Program-made: the position numbers and the translations under genes
Shown here: positions 37,411 to 46,076 of the stretch, piece by piece
Layout of the letters: each line of letters starts with the position of its first letter
Position numbering within the stretch: position 1 is the stretch's first letter
IMG/VR virus record: IMGVR_UViG_3300027628_000012
DNA from: a virus
Direction: 5' to 3' (one strand)
DNA length: 64,000 nt
Notes under the pieces: generated by a model
The model's input: the letters and a program-made list of their open reading frames with translations, nothing else
The model's database searches: none
What the model was told of the DNA's origin: nothing

Positions 37411-39459
37411 TTACTTACTGAATGTGATACGGTCCATTGGATCAAGGTGTTGACGAACAGGAGGTAATGATTCGTCTATGATCGCTGAAGCTGCCTCTTT
37501 ATAAAGACCATTTAATACCTCGGATGCTTCTTTTTCACGATCTTTTTTAGAATTAGCAGCCGCCGCACCACCGCCAGCCGCAGCTAAACCGGCAGCTCCT
37601 GCTAAACCAGCACCTTTACGGGATTTATCTTTACGTGCTTTAGCAGCATCATTAGCGCCTTTTAATTTTTCATGTTGATTTTTAAATTCACTTACTGAGA
37701 GGCTATTTGTTTTATTGTCATTCCATGCACGTTGCATATTTTGCGCAGTAGCCTTCTCATTAGCTCCTGTAAAGTCACGAGCACCCATTTGAGCTTTGTA
37801 TTTAGCATTTCCTAGAGCACCTTTTGCTTTGTTAAAAAGACCACCGCCAGGAGCCGCTGTTTTTTCAAGGCGTTCCATTAGTTCAGTAAATGCTACTTGT
37901 TCTTCATCATTATCACCGCCAGCATTAGCTAACGCATAACCAGCACCGCCAGCTCCTGCTAAACCAGCACCAGCTAGACCTTGAGCTTTTAACATATCGT
38001 TACGAGCTTGCTGTACGAGAGCCTGATCCATTAACTGTTGTTCATCACCTAAGTCTTTAACAGCACGATAATCTTTACCTAACGCGGTATTACCAAAATC
38101 TCGTGCTCCACTAAGTACATCTTGACCTAAGTTACGAGCTGAAACTAAAGCGTCCGCGCCACCTGCTTTAGCAGCTGCTAAAGCGTCTCCTGAATGACTT
38201 GCTAAATTTTGAGCAATATCACGAGGTCCTGCTGTTTTCTCTAAACGACCCATCAGTGATTCAAAGGCAATCTTTTGTTCATAGTTAGAAGTTTGGTTCA
38301 TTGTATTTTCCTCCTCTGGATTTTTAGATTTTTGGTAGGCGTTATATCCACCAACGCCAGCACCAGCTGCACCAAGAGCTAGACCGCCTCCTAAACGGGC
38401 GCGGTTGCGATCAACTTTCGCATTATTTACAGTTTTTTGAGCCTCTTGTGTGTATTCATAGCGTTTTTGTAAATCTCGTGGGACGTTACTAATTTCATTG
38501 AGGCGATTTTGAGCTTTGTTTACATTGTGATTAGTGAAGTTTTTAATGAAGTTTAAAGGTCCTGCAGTTTTTTCAATGGGGCTAAACAGGGGAGAGGGTG
38601 AGGCAGTTTTATCAGCACCGGCTGGAGCGTTTGATACTGAGCCAGCACCTTGTCTTTTTTGACCATCGAGACCTGTAGAAGATTCTTGATTATTGCGTTC
38701 TTCAGATAACAATTCATCCATAATACGATTATTCATACGTTTATCTTCCATCATGCCAGCCCCCATTAGTCCACCAAATAAACCAGTACCTGCTGCAATA
38801 GGAAGGGCTTTTTGCTGTGTTTCATCTCTTAATTGTTGCTCTGCTTTCATTTTCGCTTCAGCGTCTTGTAACTTAGTAAAATATTCTTCTGGGGGCATAC
38901 TAGCAAAACCATCTATAGAATTTAGATTTTCATAAGCTTTAGAAGCTTTTCTATAGTCACTACCGGTTAGCCTGCGAACACCATCAAGCATACCGGCTGT
39001 TTTAGATAACCGGTTAGCCAAATCATTGTTAGTAGCTTCTCGATCCATACGCATCTCCTCAATTTTCTGACGTAGATATTCCCTTTTTTCATCCTCAACT
39101 TCTTTTGTTATTTGCTCTTTATTAACACCATATTGATCTACATAAGCACCAAGACCACCGCCAAGTGCAAAACCTGTACCGGCACCAAGTAAACCACTAA
39201 CTCCCATTTTTACACCTGCATCTACGGCTCTATTAGCAATAGCAGCACTTTTGCCTGCTGGCGATTTTCCAATGAGAGAGAAATGAGGTTTATCACTGTT
39301 AAGTACATGTTGGAACGCGCCTAGGGCTATACCAGCTGGTAACCCGCTTTCGGCGCCTTTCATGCCATATTGTAAAGCATAGGGAAGATTCTGATCATCA
39401 GTCTCAGCTTTCTTTGAAAAGAGGGGAGAGGTTTTTTGGAATAGTTTCAATAGCGTCAC
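37411..39459 (-). CDS. Modular, polyprotein-like virion protein (682 aa) with repeated KTA plus Gly/Ala-zipper units
   Basis: At least four units of (E/S)KTA(G/A), helix and GAGLAG-type hydrophobic segment; LMGRLEKTAG resembles LMERLEKTAA. Confidence 0.6.
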   Translation of the reverse strand: MTLLKLFQKTSPLFSKKAETDDQNLPYALQYGMKGAESGLPAGIALGAFQHVLNSDKPHFSLIGKSPAGKSAAIANRAVDAGVKMGVSGLLGAGTGFALGGGLGAYVDQYGVNKEQITKEVEDEKREYLRQKIEEMRMDREATNNDLANRLSKTAGMLDGVRRLTGSDYRKASKAYENLNSIDGFASMPPEEYFTKLQDAEAKMKAEQQLRDETQQKALPIAAGTGLFGGLMGAGMMEDKRMNNRIMDELLSEERNNQESSTGLDGQKRQGAGSVSNAPAGADKTASPSPLFSPIEKTAGPLNFIKNFTNHNVNKAQNRLNEISNVPRDLQKRYEYTQEAQKTVNNAKVDRNRARLGGGLALGAAGAGVGGYNAYQKSKNPEEENTMNQTSNYEQKIAFESLMGRLEKTAGPRDIAQNLASHSGDALAAAKAGGADALVSARNLGQDVLSGARDFGNTALGKDYRAVKDLGDEQQLMDQALVQQARNDMLKAQGLAGAGLAGAGGAGYALANAGGDNDEEQVAFTELMERLEKTAAPGGGLFNKAKGALGNAKYKAQMGARDFTGANEKATAQNMQRAWNDNKTNSLSVSEFKNQHEKLKGANDAAKARKDKSRKGAGLAGAAGLAAAGGGAAAANSKKDREKEASEVLNGLYKEAASAIIDESLPPVRQHLDPMDRITFSK

Positions 39460-39530
39460 CTACTTTCTTACCTATGGGTGGATTATTACATACAGATTAC
39501 CACATTTAAATTTAATTTTTCATAGCTGTA

Positions 39531-40079
39531 CTACTCTTTAGTATGGTTGTTTTCATGCATGTGATCATAAAGCTGACCAGCTGTATAAGCTCCAGCTAAC
39601 CCTAATAAGCCTGGTAACGCTTTTCCTGTAGGAGAATGTACTTTGTCGGGGAAATTACGTGTCATTTTTGCTTCACCAAATAGAGGTATGACCTTACCAT
39701 GATTAAACTGATCTAACGTCTGTTTCACTTCATAAGGATTGTTGGAAAGGTACTTTAAATCATCTGCATTTTCTTTTAGTAATCTTTCGTAGAACTCTCG
39801 TTTCTCTTCGGGAATATCATTCATCGATAGTTTGCCTCTGTATAACTTTAGCATCGTATCCCAGTTTTCACGTGACTGTTCTTTTATTGCGTTAAGTTCT
39901 AGAGCTTTCTGAACGAGCTTTCTTTGATAATTTGCATCGATAGGATATTTTAGTAGGTGTCCCGCACCAAATGCCGCACCACCTGCTCCCAACTGAGCTA
40001 ACCCTTTCGTAACATCTTCTTCTAACGAAGTTGTAGTGTCAGCAGAAAATAGAGCCATTTTATTCACCGCCCTTTGCAA
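39531..40079 (-). CDS. Putative virion protein with two Gly/Ala-rich segments
   Basis: GLAQLGAGGAAFGAG and GLLGLAGAYTAG; NKMA motif at the N-terminus. Confidence 0.55.
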   Translation of the reverse strand: MQRAVNKMALFSADTTTSLEEDVTKGLAQLGAGGAAFGAGHLLKYPIDANYQRKLVQKALELNAIKEQSRENWDTMLKLYRGKLSMNDIPEEKREFYERLLKENADDLKYLSNNPYEVKQTLDQFNHGKVIPLFGEAKMTRNFPDKVHSPTGKALPGLLGLAGAYTAGQLYDHMHENNHTKE

Positions 40080-40131
40080 AAGATACCTATATTATACTGA
40101 AAAGCGACCTAATGAAAGGCCGCTTTTCTTT

Positions 40132-40899
40132 TTACACAGCAGATTTTTTAGATAATGGGGGAATTCCTCTGTCTTCTAATTTTGTAAATGTGGGGTGAAC
40201 TCTATCTGTTCTCATGATTTTTTCTATAAAGGCCGCTGCATCAGAGCGTTCAATGTCTGTGAGATGAACGTGGTCAAAATATTTATGACCTCCCTGATTG
40301 CTATATAATCGTGAAAGCATTTGATAGAGACCATTGTTCATAGGGTCTTTTAGATGGTGGGTTTCATCATCGATTTGAGCAAAGTTTGATAAAAAAATCA
40401 TTTTAGATTCTTGCCCTAATCGAGTTGCTAATGTCGTAATCGTATCCATATCAAGGTTTTGCGCTTCGTCGATAATAATAAAAGCATTTGGTATAGTACG
40501 ACCACGCATGGTTTGAATCGGTAAGAATTCAAGTTTCTTATTCTTAGTGCCCGATTGAAGATGATCGAGAGGCAATGTGTATTCCATCTCTTGAAAATTG
40601 TCTTTAAATGGTTCAACAAATGGGTCAGTCTTTCCAGCAAAATCTCCTGGAAGGTAACCAAGGTTTGCACCTGTTTGCACTTGCAGGCGAGTATAAATGA
40701 CTTTCTTATATCTGTCCTTTGGATGATTTACTACTTTTTCAAGCCCTACTGCTCCAGTAAGGAGAGTCTTGCCTGTACCCGCTGGACCTGTCAGAAAGGT
40801 ATATGGTTTGTTGTTATTTAGTATCTTGAAAGCGGCAGTTTGACCATGATTTTTTGCAGATACTCCTTGAAATTCCATATACAACACGCCTTCCATCAT
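40132..40899 (-). CDS. phoH: PhoH-family ATPase
   Basis: GPAGTGKT, LGYLPG, MRGRTIPNAFIIIDEAQN; the likely start is ATG 40878. Confidence 0.93.
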   Translation of the reverse strand: MMEGVLYMEFQGVSAKNHGQTAAFKILNNNKPYTFLTGPAGTGKTLLTGAVGLEKVVNHPKDRYKKVIYTRLQVQTGANLGYLPGDFAGKTDPFVEPFKDNFQEMEYTLPLDHLQSGTKNKKLEFLPIQTMRGRTIPNAFIIIDEAQNLDMDTITTLATRLGQESKMIFLSNFAQIDDETHHLKDPMNNGLYQMLSRLYSNQGGHKYFDHVHLTDIERSDAAAFIEKIMRTDRVHPTFTKLEDRGIPPLSKKSAV

Positions 40900-41697
40900 T
40901 TAGTTTGTTGTTTGATCGTACCAACGTCTCATGATTTTACGAACCTCCGCTGTACTTAATCCAAGAGACAGAGCAACTTGTACAAAAGGTTGACCTTCTT
41001 TTGTAACTAAATTGATAACCTTCTGTTCAGTGGGGGTGAACGTTTCGGAAATCTGTTGTTCTTGCTCTTCCTCAAACATATCAGCGAATAAATCATCTTC
41101 TGTAATACCTTCATCATGATTAAATTGATCCTTAAACGTCATTGCTTCTTCATCATCTTCATCACCATAAACAGCATCACCTAAAAAGCTATTCACATGG
41201 TATGTTTTAATCTTATCAAAATCCATCGTGGCATCGGAGGGATAGAACTGCCTAATTTGCTCTTCGGTTGGATTTCTTCCATATTCCATTTCAGCATCTC
41301 GAATAGATTGTCTATACCTATTTAAGTCGTCATGCTGGTTACGAGGAACGTATGGACCAATCATGTTTTCTCTGACAGCATTTTTGAGATAACCCTTTAG
41401 ATTACTAGTGATGTAGGTATTCAATTTAAAGCCACGATTAGGGTCAAATCCATCTAATATTTGAGGGAGATAAGTGTCAGCACGCATGCGTAAATTAGAT
41501 GCGGAAACAGTATTTCCACTTGGTATGGCGTCAGCGATTGCCTTCTCCACTAAAGGACGTAAAGATATCCTTAATTTTGTATAAGCTTGTGGATCTCCAG
41601 CTTGATATTCTTTGACCAATTGTAATTCTTCTTCTTTAGAGAGTTGCCCAGGCATTAGATCAAAAGCCATTTTCAAAAAAGTAAAATCTCGGTTCAC
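40900..41697 (-). CDS. Sigma70-family RNA polymerase sigma factor (divergent)
   Basis: LSKEEELQL (region 1.2), FDPNRGFKLNTY (region 2.3), YGRNPTEEQI (region 3), C-terminal HTH (region 4). Confidence 0.82.
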   Translation of the reverse strand: MNRDFTFLKMAFDLMPGQLSKEEELQLVKEYQAGDPQAYTKLRISLRPLVEKAIADAIPSGNTVSASNLRMRADTYLPQILDGFDPNRGFKLNTYITSNLKGYLKNAVRENMIGPYVPRNQHDDLNRYRQSIRDAEMEYGRNPTEEQIRQFYPSDATMDFDKIKTYHVNSFLGDAVYGDEDDEEAMTFKDQFNHDEGITEDDLFADMFEEEQEQQISETFTPTEQKVINLVTKEGQPFVQVALSLGLSTAEVRKIMRRWYDQTTN

Positions 41698-41721
41698 GCA
41701 TAAAACCTCCTTACTGTTTGT

Positions 41722-41750
41722 AAAAAAAGAGAGGGGAATCCCCCTCTTTT
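41722..41750 (-). terminator. Rho-independent terminator
   Basis: AAAAAGAGAGGGG-AAT-CCCCCTCTTTT. Confidence 0.7.
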
Positions 41751-41753
41751 GGC

Positions 41754-44498
41754 TTACATACTATCTTTTGCATCCTCATTGAGATAAGAAAGTCCGGCAA
41801 GCCCTGGCACACCGAGAACAGCACCAGTCCCAATATTCTTTTTAGCAATGGTTTCATGGGTAGTATTGCGCTTGTGCATAGCTTCTTGAAGTGAAGATAC
41901 AGACAAATTCATATGCTCTCTAGCTTTTTCTACTTCTGATTCAGCTTGAGCAAGTGTATTCTGATCAAGATCACTATGGAACAAAGCTCGGAATTGTGCA
42001 TTTTTATCACTAAAATTTCTAGTTGCTTCTTCTGCATTTTGCTTTAAAGTAGCGAGTACGCCATCTAATGACTTCAACTCTTGTCTAGCTTTACCGTTAA
42101 AAAATCCGGCTTCTTTCTCTATTTCAGTCTTTTTTTTTTCGTCTTGAAAAGAAGAGGCATATACATACAAGCCATCTAACTGTGTAAGGGCTTCTTTAAT
42201 TAGAGAAGGTTTTACTAGATAACTTGTTGTATTTAAAAGTTGCTTACGATTAAAGTCAATTAGATCACTAGCTTTTTTCTCGATAACCGGTTTAAACTCT
42301 GCCACCTTTTTAAACGGTTCTGCACCTTTATATAAATATTTTCCGTCCATTACATTTTCAGCTAATTTATCTAAGCGATACTTCATATTAAGAAGAGCTG
42401 ATAATTCATGCCATTCAGATCCATTTAATCGAGTCGCTACTTTTTCCATTTCATAGGCAGTAGTTTTGGCTTGCTTCATTCCAAGAAAATCTCCGACGTT
42501 ATGTGCTGCGTTAATTGTTCCAGGAGCAAGGTTTCCTAATACGGAAGAAATACCGCCAGCAACAGTATCCTCCATAATAGGAGTGAAGTTGCTTGAATTA
42601 AGCATGGAATTAGCAAGACCTTTCATTTTCTTTTTCACTTTTGAGTTAGCTTGATCTGACGGGGCAGCTTGACTTGCTCGTTCGGCACTCGTGATGTTAA
42701 AGGTAGCACTACGCCCGTTACGATCTGTGACTTCAAAAAATTTAGCTTGCGTTCTGTAGTCAAATCCTAGTGAACCTAGAAGAGACTGCGCTTGTTGGCG
42801 TGATAACCCGTCCTGATAGCGTTTTTCTAGCTTAGTAGCATCGACACCATCTGAACCTTTGTCTGCCTTCGCGTATGTCCATTTAACTGCATAAGTCTTA
42901 GGATTACGGTCTTTCTTGACAATAAGAGTAGCTTTGTTTTGTCCTTCATAAGCGGCTGTTTTAGCTAAAGGTCCTTCATTAAATAATCCATCTGGGCGTG
43001 TATAATAACCTTTGATGTTCTTTTCTGCTTTGAAGAAAGGAAAGCTCTCATGAATTACAACGTAATCTTTTGTATGAAAAAGCATATTCTTAGCTAGCCT
43101 TGCGTCTTCCATATCCTTTGCATTGTCTACGATATAGTTCTGAACTTCTTCGTAAGACATATGCATTGGTTCTGTCATTGTAGGATCTTTTGTAATAACT
43201 ATACTGAAGCGTGCGTTGCCGAAACCTGCTATAACAGAGTTTGAATAGCGTCCAGCTGATACTTCTTTGCACTCATACACATCAGAGAGGAGGGAGTTAG
43301 CAGTACGTGCTCGATATGAAGGGTCAGACATACGTTCTCGGACAGATAAAACGATACCGTCATTCAGTACGTCACGCATCCATGTGTTCTCGATGATAAA
43401 CGGATTATACACAGTACCAGAGTCTTTCTCTAATATATACATAGGACCAACTTCAAGGGATTTTGCATGTGTAGTAGGCAATTCAACACTATCAGGTTGA
43501 CGTGTGCTTGCCATGAAAGCTTCATTGGATTTTAAGATGTGGTAGCCGCCTTTTGTATCTAGTACTAAAGCGCCTAAACGATTTGAGGTATAGTTTGGAG
43601 TGTTTTTGAACCAAGATTCGAAATTGCGATAGACTCGCCCTACACGAAATTCTACTCGGTTATCTTCGTAAAGAGGGAAAGCAATGTTATTTCCGCTAGC
43701 AGCACGGTGAACATTAAACAGCTTCTCATTTTCTAGCTGCATGAGGTCTCGTTTGATTTTAGCAGCATCTAACGTTTCAGTTTGGTCAGCAGCTGTCTTT
43801 TCAAGTTCTTCCCACGCTTCTTTTTCAGCTTGTTTAAAAATATGTTTCTCGTATTCTTCTATTTGCTCACTCGTAAACACTTTTACATCTGCAATTTTCT
43901 CCATGACTTCGTGAAAACCATCAAGGATATCCATATCACTAGCCATACGCATGATACGAGTTTCATCAACGGTACCGAAACCTGGTCCACGATATTCGTC
44001 ATCATACCTAACATCTTTGTTTCGATGATTATCTCGAACCTGCATAATAGAACCTAAGAACCCATTGTTATATTGAATATCATCAAAGTCTGCCAGTTCC
44101 ATCGTTTGAGTTCCTTCAGCACCTTCGTTTTCCTCTTCTTTCGCTTTATGCTCAATTGCATTAATGACACGTCGAAGTTTGCTGTAATCGTAACTAATCT
44201 CTTGATCACCCATTCGAATCGTATCAAAAGGAAGGAGTGTCTTATCTGAAATAATAAAAGGAATGTATAGCTTCACTCCGTAAGCAGTTAGCTCAATCGC
44301 ACCAAAACCATTCTTCACATTATTACTTAAATCAGCATCCTCTTCATCGATTCGAAGATAAGGCTTTATTTTTACTACGTCTCTCCATGATCCAAGTGCA
44401 TCATTCATCATGCTTACAAGATACTCTTCAATTGCTGCAGGAGAACTATTTTTTAGAATCATTGCGCCAGAAGCGGTTTTTACCATGCCTTTTGACAT
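41754..44498 (-). CDS. Large putative virion protein (914 aa), K-x-A-rich, C-terminal Gly-rich hydrophobic segment
   Basis: VKTAS, EKIA, KQA, EKEA, EKTAA, EKVA and others; ends with GTGAVLGVPGLAGLSYL. Confidence 0.55.
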   Translation of the reverse strand: MSKGMVKTASGAMILKNSSPAAIEEYLVSMMNDALGSWRDVVKIKPYLRIDEEDADLSNNVKNGFGAIELTAYGVKLYIPFIISDKTLLPFDTIRMGDQEISYDYSKLRRVINAIEHKAKEEENEGAEGTQTMELADFDDIQYNNGFLGSIMQVRDNHRNKDVRYDDEYRGPGFGTVDETRIMRMASDMDILDGFHEVMEKIADVKVFTSEQIEEYEKHIFKQAEKEAWEELEKTAADQTETLDAAKIKRDLMQLENEKLFNVHRAASGNNIAFPLYEDNRVEFRVGRVYRNFESWFKNTPNYTSNRLGALVLDTKGGYHILKSNEAFMASTRQPDSVELPTTHAKSLEVGPMYILEKDSGTVYNPFIIENTWMRDVLNDGIVLSVRERMSDPSYRARTANSLLSDVYECKEVSAGRYSNSVIAGFGNARFSIVITKDPTMTEPMHMSYEEVQNYIVDNAKDMEDARLAKNMLFHTKDYVVIHESFPFFKAEKNIKGYYTRPDGLFNEGPLAKTAAYEGQNKATLIVKKDRNPKTYAVKWTYAKADKGSDGVDATKLEKRYQDGLSRQQAQSLLGSLGFDYRTQAKFFEVTDRNGRSATFNITSAERASQAAPSDQANSKVKKKMKGLANSMLNSSNFTPIMEDTVAGGISSVLGNLAPGTINAAHNVGDFLGMKQAKTTAYEMEKVATRLNGSEWHELSALLNMKYRLDKLAENVMDGKYLYKGAEPFKKVAEFKPVIEKKASDLIDFNRKQLLNTTSYLVKPSLIKEALTQLDGLYVYASSFQDEKKKTEIEKEAGFFNGKARQELKSLDGVLATLKQNAEEATRNFSDKNAQFRALFHSDLDQNTLAQAESEVEKAREHMNLSVSSLQEAMHKRNTTHETIAKKNIGTGAVLGVPGLAGLSYLNEDAKDSM

Positions 44499-44665
44499 CA
44501 GTTATCCCGTCCTTTCTTTTCTAAATTCCTTTGTACATAACGGTCTTCGGCTACAGTGTATTTATTTTTGATAGGGATGAAACTAACATCACTAGCTTTC
44601 TTATAGAGATTTCCTCGTTCATCCATAAATACAGCAGGGCCGATGAGAGAATATTTCGGAGTCAT
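44498..44665 (-). CDS. Small hypothetical protein, first gene of the - block
   Basis: ATG 44665 after AAGGCGGTG; coupled to the 914-aa gene. Confidence 0.5.
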   Translation of the reverse strand: MTPKYSLIGPAVFMDERGNLYKKASDVSFIPIKNKYTVAEDRYVQRNLEKKGRDN

Positions 44666-44808
44666 GACCCACACCGCCTTTGTCATAATACCGCAAGTCT
44701 ACCACGGATTGATGCTTTTATTTTATCTCTTTTCAGCACTCTTTACAGGCAAAAATACTGTTATAAGGACTATGGAAAAACAATTTAAATATAAGGGAGT
44801 TAAACAAA

Positions 44809-45081
44809 ATGATAAAAATGTTAAAGCAGTTTGAAATGACAGTAGAGGAATTTATTCAACAACGAGATATGTTTTTGGAGGAATACGATGAAGTAACATA
44901 TCAAGAAGTATTAGATATGATTAGCAAGAGAGCTATTCTAAATGACCAAATCGAATTAACAACAGCGTTTGGTTTCAGTAATAAGATATGGATTCGTGAA
45001 GAAAGAGAATATGTAATTGAAATGCTCGATATAATGATTAGAGCAAAAGAACGACAAGGACAGAAAATGGCAGCAGTGTAA
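44809..45081 (+). CDS. Hypothetical protein in a promoter-gene-terminator unit
   Basis: Class B motif at 44759, RBS AAGGGAG, terminator at 45071-45096. Confidence 0.65.
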   Translation: MIKMLKQFEMTVEEFIQQRDMFLEEYDEVTYQEVLDMISKRAILNDQIELTTAFGFSNKIWIREEREYVIEMLDIMIRAKERQGQKMAAV

Positions 45082-45132
45082 TGCTGCTGTTTTTTTCTTT
45101 TCTACTTAAAAGATGTTATAAGGATAGTAGAG

Positions 45133-45283
45133 AGGGCAATGCCCTATACGTGAAAAAGCAACAGGTGCAATGTGACGCATCTCCCTGTTGTGAGGAAGAG
45201 ACGCAGGCCTAGTCACCCCAGAGAGGAGGTACCCGTTGACCGACCACGTAAAAAGTATCAGCAATAGCTGGTACTTATTTTTT
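45133..45283 (+). ncRNA. Candidate structured small RNA
   Basis: GC-rich ORF-free stretch between the class B motif (45114) and a terminator (45253-45283). Stems: TACGTG/CACGTA, CAACAGG/CCTGTTG, AGGGC/GCCCT. Confidence 0.5.
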
Positions 45284-45331
45284 GCTATTTCTATAATAAA
45301 AAGTGTTATAAGAATAATAGAGAGAAATAAA

Positions 45332-45402
45332 AAATCTATAGCTCAATTGGCAGAGCAATCAGTATAACTGGTGTGTTAAAGGTTCGAGTCCTTTTGGATT
45401 TT
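45332..45402 (+). tRNA. tRNA-like element with an aberrant anticodon arm (identity not assignable)
   Basis: Acceptor AAATCTA/TGGATTT, D arm GCTC-AATTGGCA-GAGC, T arm AAAGG-TTCGAGT-CCTTT; anticodon arm ATCAG-TATAA-CTGGT has a 5-nt loop; no encoded CCA. Confidence 0.7.
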
Positions 45403-45426
45403 TTTTATTTATTTTGGAGGTGTGGA

Positions 45427-45723
45427 ATGGATAAGAGGGAAGAGCTATTAAACTTATTCGAAAGAGCCTTAGAGGAAATGAAACAAAATTGGTCAACCGT
45501 TTTAATGAGAGGAGATAAGATACTTAAATCCGATCTTCCTAAGTATGGTCCAATTTATCATGAGTTAGTTCTAACAAGGATTTTATTAGAACAAGGAGGC
45601 GAAGTTTCAAAAGTTATTAGACATAAAAATGTGAACATCTTCAATCCTTACGAATCTTTTTTTATGGATTTATTTGAAACAAATAGTTTCCCGATTTTAT
45701 TTGAATTGTATGAGTATGAGTGA
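45427..45723 (+). CDS. Hypothetical protein
   Basis: ATG 45427 after GGAGGTG. Confidence 0.6.
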   Translation: MDKREELLNLFERALEEMKQNWSTVLMRGDKILKSDLPKYGPIYHELVLTRILLEQGGEVSKVIRHKNVNIFNPYESFFMDLFETNSFPILFELYEYE

Positions 45724-46076
45724 GGAGGAGCACAGTGATTATCTTAAAAGATTTAGCGCAAAAAGCTTTACAAGATAAGTATTGTTTAAAGAATCATAAA
45801 CAGTTTGAAACAATTGGCTTTGATCCAGAGGAACTTATTCAATTAAAAGAAATGGATCACAGAGAACTAACAGGATTAATGATTTATTGCGGCATCCACG
45901 TATATAACGGGGTGCCGCTTCTTGTTTTAAAGGATGATGAAATGCGCATGGCTTATCTTGTCTGGAGAGCCAGCTGCATAGATGTGAAAAAAGTAGAAGT
46001 AACTAAAAAATGGGGAAGAGGGATGAAATGGTTCAGTTATTTACGAATGGCAATGGAACTTTTGGAAGAGCAATAA
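45720..46076 (+). CDS. Hypothetical protein
   Basis: Coupled ORF; the true start may be the GTG after GAGGAGG. Confidence 0.55.
   Translation: MRRSTVIILKDLAQKALQDKYCLKNHKQFETIGFDPEELIQLKEMDHRELTGLMIYCGIHVYNGVPLLVLKDDEMRMAYLVWRASCIDVKKVEVTKKWGRGMKWFSYLRMAMELLEEQ

Noticed and set aside
41754-44498. 914-aa or 631-aa protein as major capsid protein or prohead protease
   Set aside because: No HK97-fold or protease motifs recognisable by eye; left as putative virion proteins.
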